A DNA stretch of 64,000 nt from Polyangiaceae bacterium (GTDB taxonomy: Bacteria > Myxococcota_A > Polyangia > Polyangiales > Polyangiaceae): positions 23,476-87,475 of the forward strand of contig JAPSGB010000016.1 of assembly GCA_035063585.1 (NCBI GenBank), written 5' to 3'. The notes under the pieces are model-generated. The model was not told the origin of the DNA. It made no database searches and worked only from the letters and a program-made list of their open reading frames with translations. The position numbers and the translations under genes were made by a program. Position 1 is the first letter of the stretch. Each line of letters begins with the position of its first letter. Positions 18,307-28,367 of the stretch are shown in pieces.

Positions 18307-19965
18307 TCACGGTTCGAGCGCGTCCCAGAAATCGCAGGCCTCCTGCGCGACCCCGCTCGCGATACTGGGCGCGAGGTCGAGGACCAAGCTCTCGTCGCTC
18401 ACCGGCTCGTACGCGGGCCAGGTGAGGCGGGCCTCGCCGTTTGGATCGCCGGCCGCCGCGAGCGCGCCCCAGTAGCCCATGACGAGGCGCGCGAGCGGCG
18501 CGTCGTGCGCGGACGGCGCGAGCGGGAGCTGAGCGGTCGGGTTCCCGAACACGAAGGGCAGCTCGGAGGAGTGGAACACGCCGAGGTCTGGGATGGTCGG
18601 ATCCGCGCTCTCGTGCGCGAAGTGATAGAGAAACGTTGGAGCGCCGCCGCGTGCGAGGGTGCGAGCGAGCGAGCGCGTGGGGCACACGAAGAAGCCGTCG
18701 CCGAAGGCGCGCGCGGCCGCCTGCCGCGGCGAGGCAAACTCGCTGCTCGGGTAGCGTGCGATGATGTCGGCGCCGTGCCCCGGGGCGAGCGACTCGGCGA
18801 ACGCCTGGTACGAGGCGTCGTCCTCGACCACGTCTCCCGATGAGAAGAACAAGGTGCCCTCGTCCGCGTTCGCGCCAAGGATGGTGGGCACACGGACGAA
18901 CTCGCCGGCGGCGAAGAGCTCTCGCGGCGGCCGTGCGAGCTCGAGACCATCGACGCTCGGCCACCACTCGGTCGAGCCGGCGAGCGCGCCGAGCGCGCTG
19001 GTCGGCAGCGCTTCCACCAGCGCCCGGGTCGACACCCGGCGCAGGCACCCCCGGGTACGCGCGTCATCGAAGCCGTCGCAGCCGAGCGCGGCGATGAGCC
19101 GTGCGCCCTGCGCCTCGGCCGCCTCACGGGTCACGTGCTTGGAGACCGAGCACGCGCCGCTCTCGAGGATCACGCGATGAAAGAGCCCGCGGCTCGGCGT
19201 CGAGACGAGGTGCAGGCACGCGCTCAGGGCGCCCGCGGACTCGCCGAACAGCGTCACGCGCTCCGGATCGCCGCCGAGCGCGGCGATGTTCGCCTTCACC
19301 CACGCGAGCGCCGCGCGCTGATCCTCGAGGCCGTACATGCCCGAGGACGGATGCTTCTCGTCTTCCTGGCGGAGCACGCGCGCAGCCAGGAAGCCGAACG
19401 CGCCGAGCCGGTAGTTCAGGGTGACCACGACCGTGCCGGTCGCTTCCGCGAGCTTGCGGCCGTCGTAGTCGGGCTGCGCGCCGCTGCCGACCACGAACGA
19501 GCCGCCGTGGAGCCAGACCATCACCGGCGCGCGCTTGGCGCCGGCTGGCGACCAGACGTTCAAGGTCAGGCAGTCCTCCTCGGTGCCCTTGAAGTACGAC
19601 GCCACGAACGGCTGCCGCTGCGCGCACGGGGGCGCGCGCTGCACCGCGTAGCGCTCTCGCTGCCACGCCGGATGCGGTCGCGGGGGGCGGAACCGCAGGT
19701 CACCTACCGGCGGCTCCGCGTATGGGATCCCGAGGAAGACGCGCGTCGTGCCCTCGAGGCGCCCGACGATCGAGCCAGCCTCGGTCATGATTCGAGACGC
19801 GGCTCCAGCGCTCCCGCCGCCAGCGTCGCTCACCGGCGCTCGCCCGCCGGCGCCGCTCGCGTCCGCGCCCGCGTCGACCCCCGCGCCGGTGAGACCCCCG
19901 CACCCCACCGCCAAGAGCAGCGCCGTGCCGAGCGCCGCTCTCGGCCCCCGAGCCCGCTCACTCAT
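18307..19965 (-). CDS. Type-B carboxylesterase/lipase, lipoprotein
   Basis: FLGIPYAEPPVGDLRF, EDCLTLNVW, HGGSF, GESAG and FHSSEL; lipobox AVGC. Start re-assigned to ATG 19965. Confidence 0.92.
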   Translation of the reverse strand: MSERARGPRAALGTALLLAVGCGGLTGAGVDAGADASGAGGRAPVSDAGGGSAGAASRIMTEAGSIVGRLEGTTRVFLGIPYAEPPVGDLRFRPPRPHPAWQRERYAVQRAPPCAQRQPFVASYFKGTEEDCLTLNVWSPAGAKRAPVMVWLHGGSFVVGSGAQPDYDGRKLAEATGTVVVTLNYRLGAFGFLAARVLRQEDEKHPSSGMYGLEDQRAALAWVKANIAALGGDPERVTLFGESAGALSACLHLVSTPSRGLFHRVILESGACSVSKHVTREAAEAQGARLIAALGCDGFDDARTRGCLRRVSTRALVEALPTSALGALAGSTEWWPSVDGLELARPPRELFAAGEFVRVPTILGANADEGTLFFSSGDVVEDDASYQAFAESLAPGHGADIIARYPSSEFASPRQAAARAFGDGFFVCPTRSLARTLARGGAPTFLYHFAHESADPTIPDLGVFHSSELPFVFGNPTAQLPLAPSAHDAPLARLVMGYWGALAAAGDPNGEARLTWPAYEPVSDESLVLDLAPSIASGVAQEACDFWDALEP

Positions 19966-21325
19966 CGGGCTCGGCCTTCGCGCCGCGGATCCGCGCCAGT
20001 CGCTCGCCGATCGCCTTCTCGAGCCCGTGCTCGCTCGGCTCGTAGAAGCGAGCGCCGCGAAGCTCGTCGGGTAGATACGTCTCACCCGGCGCGAATCCCT
20101 CCTCGAAATCGTGCGCGTACTGGTACCCGTCCCCATAGCCCTGCTCGCGCATGAGGCGAGTGGTCGCGTTGCGGAGCCGCTTCGGCACCGCGAGCGCGCC
20201 GTGCTCCTCGATGGCGGCGCGCGCGCGGGTGAACGCGCGCCCGACGCGGTTCGACTTCGGGCAGCTCGCCAAGTAGAGACATGCGTGCGCGATGGGGTAG
20301 AGGCCCTCCGGCATCCCCATTCGACGAAACGCCGCGTCCGCGTCCACGGCGACCGAGAGCGCGCGCGGGTCGGCGTTGCCGACGTCCTCGCTCGCGAAGA
20401 TCATGAGCCGGCGGAGGACAAAGAGCGGGTCGTCGCCGGCCTCGAGCATCCGCATGAGATAATAGATGGCAGCGTCCGGATCGCTGCCGCGCATGCTCTT
20501 GATGAGCGCGCTCGCGACGTTATAGTGCTCCTCGCCGCTCTTGTCGTAGAGGAGCGTGCGATCTTCGGTAGCGCGCGCGACCAGCGGCACGTCGAGCCGC
20601 GACTCGCCCGAGGCGAGCAAGGACGCCGTCGTCTCGAGCAGCCCGAGCGCGCGGCGCGCATCGCCCCGCGCGGCGCGCGCGAGCGCGCGGAGCGCGTCGT
20701 CGTCGGCGCTGAGCCGCTCCGCGCCAAGCCCACGTTCCGCGTCGTCGAGCGCGCGGCGGAGCAGCACGACGAGGTCGTCTTCCGCGAGCGGCTCCAGCCG
20801 AAATACCTTGCAGCGCGAGAGCACGGCGGCGTTGACGGCGAATGACGGGTTCTCGGTCGTCGCGCCGATCAGCGTGACGGTGCCGTTCTCGAGGTGCGGC
20901 AGAAAGGCGTCTTGTTGAGCCTTGTTGAAGCGGTGGATCTCGTCCACGAAGAGGATCGTCGCGCGGCCCTGATAGGCGCGGCGTTCCTTGGCCGCCTGGA
21001 TGATCTCGCGGAGCTCCGGCACGCCGCCGAGCACGGCCGAGAACGGCACGAAGTCCGAGCGCGTCACGTGGCTCACCACGGTCGCGAGCGTCGTCTTCCC
21101 GGAGCCCGGCGGCCCCCACAAGATGAGTGAGGGTACCCGATCTCCCGCGATGGCCTGGGCGAGCAGCTTGCCCTCGCCGAGCACCGCGCGCTGCCCGACC
21201 ACCTCGGCGATGGTGCGCGGGCGCATGCGATCCGCGAGCGGCGGCGGCGGGCCGCCGAGCGCGCCGCGCCGGGCCGCGGCCTCGAGCAGCGTCGGGCCCT
21301 CGTCGCGCCGCCCGCGCCGGGTCAC
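19958..21325 (-). CDS. rarA: Replication-associated recombination protein A (RarA/MgsA)
   Basis: PLADRMRP, WGPPGSGKTT, FVDEIHRFNKAQQD, GATTENPSF and YDKSGEEHYN. GTG 21325 overlaps the yggS stop. Confidence 0.95.
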   Translation of the reverse strand: MTRRGRRDEGPTLLEAAARRGALGGPPPPLADRMRPRTIAEVVGQRAVLGEGKLLAQAIAGDRVPSLILWGPPGSGKTTLATVVSHVTRSDFVPFSAVLGGVPELREIIQAAKERRAYQGRATILFVDEIHRFNKAQQDAFLPHLENGTVTLIGATTENPSFAVNAAVLSRCKVFRLEPLAEDDLVVLLRRALDDAERGLGAERLSADDDALRALARAARGDARRALGLLETTASLLASGESRLDVPLVARATEDRTLLYDKSGEEHYNVASALIKSMRGSDPDAAIYYLMRMLEAGDDPLFVLRRLMIFASEDVGNADPRALSVAVDADAAFRRMGMPEGLYPIAHACLYLASCPKSNRVGRAFTRARAAIEEHGALAVPKRLRNATTRLMREQGYGDGYQYAHDFEEGFAPGETYLPDELRGARFYEPSEHGLEKAIGERLARIRGAKAEPDE

Positions 21326-22008
21326 GGTCCGCGCGCTCCGAAGATCGCAGTCCCCACCCGGACGATGGTCGCCCCGGCCAGGATCGCGTGCTCGAGATCG
21401 TGGGTCATGCCCATGCTGAGCTCGGGGAGCCGCGCCGCGCCGCCGTGCGCGTCCCGGAGCGCTCGGAGCTCGTCGAAGTAGGGCCGCGCGCCCGCCGGAT
21501 CCTCGGTGTGGGGCGGCACCGTCATCAAGCCGGCGAGCGCGAGCGCCGGCTCGGCGTCGCTCGCCGCGAGCACGTCTTCGAGCTCGCGCGGCGCGCACCC
21601 GCTCTTCTGCGCCTCTCCGCCGAGGTTCACCTCGGCCAGCACGGTGAGGAGCACGCCCGCGCCCGCCGCCCGCTTGCCGAGCTCGCGCGCCAGCCGCGTG
21701 GAGTCCACCGTGTGCACGGCGCGCGCGACCCGCACCACCTGCCGTGCCTTGTTGGTCTGGAGGTGACCTATCATGTGCCAGGAGAGCTCGGGCAGATCAG
21801 CGAGCGCTTCGGCCTTCGCGAGCAGCTCCTGCACGTAGTTCTCGCCGAAATCGCGCTGGCCGGCGGCGTACGCCTCGCGGAGCGCGCTGGCTGGCTTGGT
21901 CTTCGACACCGCTAGGAGCCGCACCGACGCCGGGTCGCGCCCGGCCACGTCCGCTGCGCGAGCGATCCGCTCGCGCACCCGGGAGAGACCCTCGGCCACC
22001 GTGCTCAT
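21322..22008 (-). CDS. yggS: YggS/PROSC pyridoxal phosphate homeostasis protein
   Basis: LLAVSKTKP, FGENYVQE, WHMIGHLQTNK, LSMGMT and VRVGTAIFG. Confidence 0.95.
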   Translation of the reverse strand: MSTVAEGLSRVRERIARAADVAGRDPASVRLLAVSKTKPASALREAYAAGQRDFGENYVQELLAKAEALADLPELSWHMIGHLQTNKARQVVRVARAVHTVDSTRLARELGKRAAGAGVLLTVLAEVNLGGEAQKSGCAPRELEDVLAASDAEPALALAGLMTVPPHTEDPAGARPYFDELRALRDAHGGAARLPELSMGMTHDLEHAILAGATIVRVGTAIFGARGP

Positions 22009-22102
22009 CGCCTGGAGCCTAGATCAACGGGCGGCGCGAGCCACGTCCCGGCGCGCTCGACGCCGCCTCAGGAACGCCACGCGGACGAGCTCACGCGCGT
22101 GG

Positions 22103-22636
22103 TCACGGCGCTCGCTCGAGCGTGACCGGCGCGGCGCGCACGGTGAGGCTGTCACCGCTCGACGCCGAGAGCGTGCCCTTCGCCGCCGCTCCTTCGCGCC
22201 GCGCCACCACCGAGCCATGAAACGCCTTCACGCCCGGCTCGGCCGGCTCGAGCACGAGCCGGAGCGCCTCGTCGTCCGCGTGACCGCTCACCGTGAGCGC
22301 GCCGAGCGGCCCCGTCGAGCTGCCCTGGATCGTGCCCGCCTCATCGACCACGACGCTGAGCGTCCCTCTCCCCGCGCCCGCGTCGCCGGGATCCATGCCC
22401 CAGTCGCGCACGGCGCCTTGGGCCGCGGTCATGTCGATGACATGCCGCGCGGCGTCGTAGCTCCCCTCCCATTTTCCAAAGTACCAGGGCTTCGGGGGTT
22501 CTGGTTGCTCCGACGCGGCCGGCGGCGCGGACGCGGCGGCCGCGCTCGGCGCGCCCTCGGACGTGGAAGGCGGCGTCTTGCACGCCGCGAGGCTCGTCGC
22601 GAGCGCGACGAGCAACCAGCCGCGCGGGCCCGTCAT
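22103..22636 (-). CDS. Lipoprotein, unknown function
   Basis: MTGPRGWLLVALATSLAAC; ATGA overlap with the upstream SctQ-like gene; beta-rich body. Confidence 0.7.
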   Translation of the reverse strand: MTGPRGWLLVALATSLAACKTPPSTSEGAPSAAAASAPPAASEQPEPPKPWYFGKWEGSYDAARHVIDMTAAQGAVRDWGMDPGDAGAGRGTLSVVVDEAGTIQGSSTGPLGALTVSGHADDEALRLVLEPAEPGVKAFHGSVVARREGAAAKGTLSASSGDSLTVRAAPVTLERAP

Positions 22637-23754
22637 GGCGTCGCGTCTCCGAGCAGGGTGAGGATCCGGACCCCGAGCTCGCCCTCGAGGTCGACGAGCT
22701 CGCCCTCGGCGACCGCGCGACCCGCGACGCGCAGGATCGCGTGGTCGCCCACGCGTCGACCGGCCTCGAGCACGTCGCCGGGTCGAAGCTCGGCCCACTC
22801 GCGGGCGGTGAGGCTCACCGCGCCGAGCTCCACGCGCACCACGATGGGGGCGTCGAGGACCGCGTCGTTGAGCGTCTCGATGCTGGTGTCGTCTTCGGAG
22901 GTCATGTCGTCATAGGGAGGGGGCGAGGCGGGCGCGTCCGCGTCCAAGCCGAGCGCGACGCGCTCATCCCGTAGCACGACCGACCCGTCTCGAGCCAAAT
23001 CGACGCGCCACCCGCGCTCTCCGCCAGGCGCCGCGAGCGCGCCCGAGCCGGCGCCGTCCGCGGCGATGGTCCAGCCCGCGCCCGGCAGGAACGCGCCGCC
23101 CGGCCCGAGCAGCTCGAGCTCGGCGCGCGCGACGACGGCTCGCGCGACCACCAGCGGGACCGCGATCTCGAGCGCGCCGAGCGCGCGGAGCGCGCGCGGC
23201 GCCCGAGCCGGCGTGCTCTGCCCGGGCCCGTCGATCCACACCGACGCGGCGAACAGGCGCTCCTCGACCCGCGCGGTGAGGGGGACGGAGACACCCGCGC
23301 CGCGCGCCGCGTCGCCCGGCTCGCGGAGCACGAGCGCGTGCTCGCGCGCGCCGCGCCGGGCGATCTCGAGCACGATCGCGGCGAGCGCGCCGGTGAGCGC
23401 CGCGTCGAAGGGCGCGTCGGGCGCGGCCATCGGCGCCGCGCGTCCGAGCACCCGCGCGACCATCAGGCTCGCGAGATCCGCCTCGAGCGTGAGCTCGACG
23501 ACGAGGTCCTCGCCGCCGAGCATGAAGCCGACGCGCGGCCCGAGCGCACGCGGCGCGCGCTCGAGCGCCACCGGCTCGCCCGCGGTGAGAGCGACGCTCG
23601 CGCCGAGCGTCTCGGACGCGAGCTCGCCGAGGGTCCGGAGCGCGGGCGCGCGCGAGCGCGCCTCCTCGACCCAGCGCGCGGAGCGGAGCGTGGCGCGCGC
23701 GAGCCGCGGCAGCGCTCGCCACGGAAACGGCTGGACCGTCGCGCCCCGCGTCAT
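22633..23754 (-). CDS. SctQ/YscQ-FliM/FliN family C-ring protein (SpoA domains)
   Basis: C-terminal SpoA: DAPIVVRVELGAVSLTAREWAELRPGDVL...AEGELVDLEGELGVRI, preceded by a degenerate first SpoA. Confidence 0.8.
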   Translation of the reverse strand: MTRGATVQPFPWRALPRLARATLRSARWVEEARSRAPALRTLGELASETLGASVALTAGEPVALERAPRALGPRVGFMLGGEDLVVELTLEADLASLMVARVLGRAAPMAAPDAPFDAALTGALAAIVLEIARRGAREHALVLREPGDAARGAGVSVPLTARVEERLFAASVWIDGPGQSTPARAPRALRALGALEIAVPLVVARAVVARAELELLGPGGAFLPGAGWTIAADGAGSGALAAPGGERGWRVDLARDGSVVLRDERVALGLDADAPASPPPYDDMTSEDDTSIETLNDAVLDAPIVVRVELGAVSLTAREWAELRPGDVLEAGRRVGDHAILRVAGRAVAEGELVDLEGELGVRILTLLGDATP

Positions 23755-23810
23755 CTCGCGCCGGATGGTACACGCGCGGGGCCGCGCGGCGCTCGACGAG
23801 CGCCCCGCGT

Positions 23811-23829
23811 GGTTCCGCGCCGGACCGAC
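23811..23829 (+). repeat. Copy of REP-like element (GGTTCCGCGCCGGACCGAC)
   Basis: 19-mer identical to 10536-10554 and 10610-10628; followed by an AT-rich imperfect palindrome AAGTTATTCTAATGACTT. Confidence 0.75.
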
Positions 23830-23957
23830 AAAACCAAGTTATTCTAATGACTTATGAACTGTTGGCGGCTTCGTGCGGCGCGCTCGCGCGCGGGTGGGCG
23901 GCGCCCGCGGAGGCGGCGGCGTGGTCGGAAGTCGGCGGGTCGTGATAGCTTTCCCGC

Positions 23958-24578
23958 ATGATTTCCCGTCTCGCCGTGCCCGTCGCCCTCGCCGTCGCGT
24001 GCCTCTCGGGCAGCGCGCTCGCCGACAAGCCCGCGAAGGGCGAGAAGGCCGCGGCGAGCGCCGACCAGGTGCGACGCGACCCTAAGGGTGTGAAGGGGAT
24101 CAGCCCGTTCGGGGAGGCGCTCAAGCGCGGCGATGACGCGATCGTGGCGCGCGATCTCGACGGCGCGATCACCGCTTATCGTGACGCCATCACCAAGGAA
24201 CCGCAGAACGCGCTCGGGCACTACCGGCTGGGCGAGGCGCAGCTCCTGAAGGGCGATATCAAGGAGGCAGACGCCTCCTGGGCGAACGCGCTCAGGTTCG
24301 TCGGGGACGACTGGGCGCTCAAGGGCAAGATTCTCCTTTGTATCGCCGGCCTGCGTGAGCAGCAGAAGTCTTACGACGACGCCACCGACAGCTACACGCA
24401 GTACGAGGCGCTCGGCAAGGAGCACCAGGACGCCAAGACGTATCCCGCCACGGCCGCCAAGCGAAAAGAGGCGATCACGACCTGGAAGCAGCTCGAGAAG
24501 GACTACGGCGAGGTCCGTAAGCGGATCGAGGCGCGCCTTCGCGACGCGGACGCCAAGGCCGCAAAGAGCGCGAAGTAG
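23958..24578 (+). CDS. Secreted TPR protein
   Basis: Signal peptide ending ALA-D; TPR pattern AITAYRDAITKEPQNALGHYRLGEA. Confidence 0.8.
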   Translation: MISRLAVPVALAVACLSGSALADKPAKGEKAAASADQVRRDPKGVKGISPFGEALKRGDDAIVARDLDGAITAYRDAITKEPQNALGHYRLGEAQLLKGDIKEADASWANALRFVGDDWALKGKILLCIAGLREQQKSYDDATDSYTQYEALGKEHQDAKTYPATAAKRKEAITTWKQLEKDYGEVRKRIEARLRDADAKAAKSAK

Positions 24579-24581
24579 CGC

Positions 24582-27500
24582 TCACTCTACCTTGAGCTGG
24601 ATGCTGCCGAAGAGCGCGTCGTCCGCGCGGCTCGCAAACTGCACGAAGCTCGGGTAGGCGTCCGGTTGCACGCGACCCGCCGGCAGGTCGAGGGTACGGT
24701 CGAGCACGAGCGTAGCGCCGCGGAGCCCGTCCTTCACGGTGACGGAGCGCTCGCCGTCGCGGATGGTGCCGCTCGCGAGGGTGCTCGCGAGCCGCGCGCC
24801 GGGCGGGAGCGTGATGGTGAGCCGAACCTCTTGGTGGGTCGCCTGCGCGATGAGGAGCGGCGTCTGGCGCACCGGCAAGGTCGCGAGCTGGCTGATGCGC
24901 GGCATGAAGGGCGGCGAGACGATGAGGGTCTGCCCGGTGCGCTGCGCGAACCCGCCCTGGCTCGCCGTCATGCGGAGCACGAGCGGCGCGTCGAGCTGGT
25001 CGAGGTTCACGAGCTCGAACTTCGAGAGCCGCGCGCCGTGCAGCGCGCTGCCGAGCAGCCGCGACTCGATGATGTCGTGGAGGCGGCTCTCGGGGAGCTC
25101 CGCCAGCGCGCTCCGCACCGCCATCGCGTACTTCCCCATGAACTTCTGCGACAGCTCGAGCGTCGCGGAGCCGTCCGCCTGGAGCGCCGCGGTGCCCTCG
25201 TAGACGACGCCGTCCTCGCCGCCCGCGGTCGGTGTCACGAGCTTCTCGAGCGTGGCGCCCGAGAGGAGGTACGCCGGCATCCCCCGCACCTCGGCCGGGA
25301 CGTAGCCGAACGGCGCGAACTTGCTGCTCACCGTGAGCCAGACCGGACCGCGGTCGCCCTCGAGCCGAAGGAGCGGCTCGGTGTAGAGCGAGGCGCTCGA
25401 CATCGGCCCGACCGGCGGCGAGGCGAGGCGGTTCTGCGCGACCGCGTAGCTCACCGGGATCCCGAGCGCGCGGCAGAGGGTCATGAACCCGCGCCAGCGG
25501 TTGCCGTGCTTGCCGACGATCACGCGCCGTCCGTCCGTCTCGGGGCCGTCTTCGACGTTGGCGAGCACCCAGCGGTAGAGTCGCGTCGCGCGGTCGAGCC
25601 GTGACGTCGAGGCGGCGTCCTTCACGATCTCGCGCGCGATACGGACGATGCGCGGGTCCATCGGTGCGAGGTCCACGACCGAGTCGGCGAGTCGCCGAAG
25701 CCGCTTGTCGAGGGTCACCCCCCAGCCGACCTGCACGCTCGGCAGAAATTCGGTGATGGGCGCGCTCGCCGGCTCGACCGGCGCGGCCGGGCTGTAATCG
25801 ACCCTCCAGCGGTGGATGGTCACGCCGTCCGCCTCCGACACGACCGGCTCCGGCACGGTACCCCGGCGCTCGATGTCGAGCGGCTTGTCATCGGGCGAGA
25901 TCACCACGAACTCGCTCCGCGCGTAGGCGATGTTCTCCTCGCGGAAGAACCAGTGCGGCCCGACGTAGAGCTGGCCGCGCTGACCGTCGCCGCTCATGCC
26001 GACGATGTGCTCGGTCTCGATGAAGTCCCCGACCTCGAGGTGCGGGAAGGTGACGGTCGGCTTGCCGGCGACCAGCTCGGGCTCGAGGACGCGACCGTCC
26101 TTCTTGATCACTCGCATGTAGAGGACGAGACCGTCGAGCATCTTCTGCTCGGCGAGCTGGCTCACCGCCTCCGGGCTCTGGATACGCACGATCTCGTGCT
26201 CCAGCATCCGGCTCGAGCCGTCGGAGTGGACCCAGATCGCCGAGTAGTCGAGGACCCGCGCGGCCGTCCCGGGCATGTGCCGGCCGCTCGCTTCGTAGGC
26301 CTTGATGATCGAGAGCCCATCGAGGCGATAAGGAGCAAGCTCGCTCATCCCCTCGATGAGATCGAGGGCGCCCTTCAGCGGCGCACTCTCCGCTCCGCTG
26401 ACCACCGCGTCGACCAGCGCGCGGTAGAGGGCGTCGTGCTTGCCCGCCGCGAAGCTCGCGTCGGCGAGCGCGAGGCGCGCGGCGCCGTCTCGCGGCTCGT
26501 CCTTGATGGCCTGCTCGAGCTTCTGGAAGCTCTCACTCGCGTCTCCCGCGCGCACCATGACGTCGTAGATGCGCTCCGTGAGGTCCTTGCGTTCGGGGCG
26601 CCGCTCGCCGATCCGCCGAAGCTCCGCGAGGGCGGCCGGGTAGTCCTCGCGCGCGAGCGCGCGCGAGAGCGCGAGCTCGCTGTCCGGATCGAGCTTCATG
26701 ACCCGCGCGACCAGCTCGTCCGCCTTGGCGGCCTGCCCGGTCGAATCATACATGCCGACCCCGAGCGTCAGCGCGACCAAGTCGTTTGGAAATTGCTTTA
26801 GAATACTATTTACTGTCGCGTTGTACTCCGCGCTCCAGCCGAGCTCGGAGTAGAGCTGGGCGAGCGCGGCGTATACGTCCGGGACGCCGGGGAACCTCTC
26901 GACCAGCGCCTTCACGCGCGGGACTCCGGGCGCGGCGCCGCCCCGCTCGGCCTCCCAGACGGCGAGCGCCAGCGCCGAGCGCCATAGACCGGGGTCGCGC
27001 TTCACTGCGCGCTCATGGAGCACCCGTGCGAGGTCCTTGCGCTGCGAGTCGTCGAACACGGGATCACCGGCCACGAAGGCGGCCGAGAGCACCAGGGGCG
27101 CTCCGGCGGCGCGCTTCGGATCCGCGATGAGCGGCTCGATGAGCAGGTTGGCTACGTCGTCTTGGCCCTCGACGTCGGCGAGGTACGCCGACGCGTAGCG
27201 GAGGAAATCGCTCCCCGGGTCGACCACGTTTCCATCGCGAATATAGCGATCGAGGACGTTCGGATCGCCGGTCACCTCGGGGGCCGCGATGGAGTACCCG
27301 GCCGAGGCGTCGGTGCTGCCGGTGAGCTCCGCCGGCCGGCCGTCGGTGGTGAGGATCCGCATCGAGGTCTGCGCGTCACTCACGCGGGCGAGCACGCGAT
27401 GGCGCCCGGCCTGGAGGCGTACCTGCGCTCCGAATCTCGGCCACACGCCCCACCGCCTCGGATCGCGATCGAGCACCAGTCGGTCGTCGACGCTGAGCGT

Positions 27501-28367
27501 GATGGCGCCCTGCACGGCGATGATGAGGTCCCTCGCCGCCGGGAGCTCGAGGTACGTCTCGGCGTAGAATACGCCGCCGCTCACCGGCTCCTTGGCGCTC
27601 ACGCTGCAGCCGCGTCGTCGAGTCTCGAGGATTCGTGGTGCGGAGCCGACGCCCGGCTCCGGCTGCCAGCGCGCGGGCCAGGGCCCGGCGTCTTCTGCTG
27701 GGAAACGCCGGATCACATCGGCGGAGACGCCGCGCCCGAACGGCCCCGCGAGGCGGAGCTGGGTCGCGCAGCCGTACGCGGCGGCGCTCCGCGCCTCGAG
27801 ATCCTTGGTCGCCGCGTCGTATGCGGCCTCTCCCCACCAGCCGACCAGCTCGCTGCGCGCGCGCCATCCGATCGCGCGCGGCTCCTTCATCGCCTCCTCG
27901 ACGAACGGGCGCCAGCGCTCGAAGAGCGAAGGATCGTTGCGACGGAGCGCCATGGCGCGATGCGCGGCGAACCACGCGAAGAGCGGCGCGTCGGGGTCAT
28001 CGGAGCCGCGCGCGGCCCGGGTCGCTCGGAGGAAGTGCTCGGGTGCCGCCGAGAGGCGACCGTGCAGCTCGTCGTCGAGGCCACGCGCGAGCTCCGCGAA
28101 GAGCTCCTCGCCGCCGAGCTCGTCGAGCTTCTTGCGAGCGTCGAGCGCGCTGCGCGCGTCGCCACCGGGAGAGATGAGCTCGCCGATGAGCCAGCGGCCG
28201 GCGATCTCGGGATCGCGCGTCGCGCGCCCGTCGTCGCGCAGCTCCGCGATGGGCGGGCTCGCGCTCCGGGCTGGCGCGCCGCGCGTGCAACTCGAGGTCA
28301 TCACCGCCGCGCCGAAGAGCGCGGTGAGCGCCGCGACCCGAGCTCCCGCGCCGAACCAACCCCTCAC
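24582..28367 (-). CDS. Large lipoprotein: TPR + DUF3857 + catalytically inactive transglutaminase-like domain
   Basis: Lipobox-like TSSC; TPRs; FPHLEVGDFIE (DUF3857). LYRWVLANV...GKHGNRWRGFMTLCRALGI lacks GxCxD. Confidence 0.75.
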   Translation of the reverse strand: MRGWFGAGARVAALTALFGAAVMTSSCTRGAPARSASPPIAELRDDGRATRDPEIAGRWLIGELISPGGDARSALDARKKLDELGGEELFAELARGLDDELHGRLSAAPEHFLRATRAARGSDDPDAPLFAWFAAHRAMALRRNDPSLFERWRPFVEEAMKEPRAIGWRARSELVGWWGEAAYDAATKDLEARSAAAYGCATQLRLAGPFGRGVSADVIRRFPAEDAGPWPARWQPEPGVGSAPRILETRRRGCSVSAKEPVSGGVFYAETYLELPAARDLIIAVQGAITLSVDDRLVLDRDPRRWGVWPRFGAQVRLQAGRHRVLARVSDAQTSMRILTTDGRPAELTGSTDASAGYSIAAPEVTGDPNVLDRYIRDGNVVDPGSDFLRYASAYLADVEGQDDVANLLIEPLIADPKRAAGAPLVLSAAFVAGDPVFDDSQRKDLARVLHERAVKRDPGLWRSALALAVWEAERGGAAPGVPRVKALVERFPGVPDVYAALAQLYSELGWSAEYNATVNSILKQFPNDLVALTLGVGMYDSTGQAAKADELVARVMKLDPDSELALSRALAREDYPAALAELRRIGERRPERKDLTERIYDVMVRAGDASESFQKLEQAIKDEPRDGAARLALADASFAAGKHDALYRALVDAVVSGAESAPLKGALDLIEGMSELAPYRLDGLSIIKAYEASGRHMPGTAARVLDYSAIWVHSDGSSRMLEHEIVRIQSPEAVSQLAEQKMLDGLVLYMRVIKKDGRVLEPELVAGKPTVTFPHLEVGDFIETEHIVGMSGDGQRGQLYVGPHWFFREENIAYARSEFVVISPDDKPLDIERRGTVPEPVVSEADGVTIHRWRVDYSPAAPVEPASAPITEFLPSVQVGWGVTLDKRLRRLADSVVDLAPMDPRIVRIAREIVKDAASTSRLDRATRLYRWVLANVEDGPETDGRRVIVGKHGNRWRGFMTLCRALGIPVSYAVAQNRLASPPVGPMSSASLYTEPLLRLEGDRGPVWLTVSSKFAPFGYVPAEVRGMPAYLLSGATLEKLVTPTAGGEDGVVYEGTAALQADGSATLELSQKFMGKYAMAVRSALAELPESRLHDIIESRLLGSALHGARLSKFELVNLDQLDAPLVLRMTASQGGFAQRTGQTLIVSPPFMPRISQLATLPVRQTPLLIAQATHQEVRLTITLPPGARLASTLASGTIRDGERSVTVKDGLRGATLVLDRTLDLPAGRVQPDAYPSFVQFASRADDALFGSIQLKVE

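Noticed and set aside
23835..23856. dif (XerCD) site in the AT-rich patch AAGTTATTCTAATGACTTATGA
   Set aside because: It does not fit the 11-6-11 dif layout or the TTATGTTAAAT XerD arm. It is more like a generic IHF-type or promoter element.
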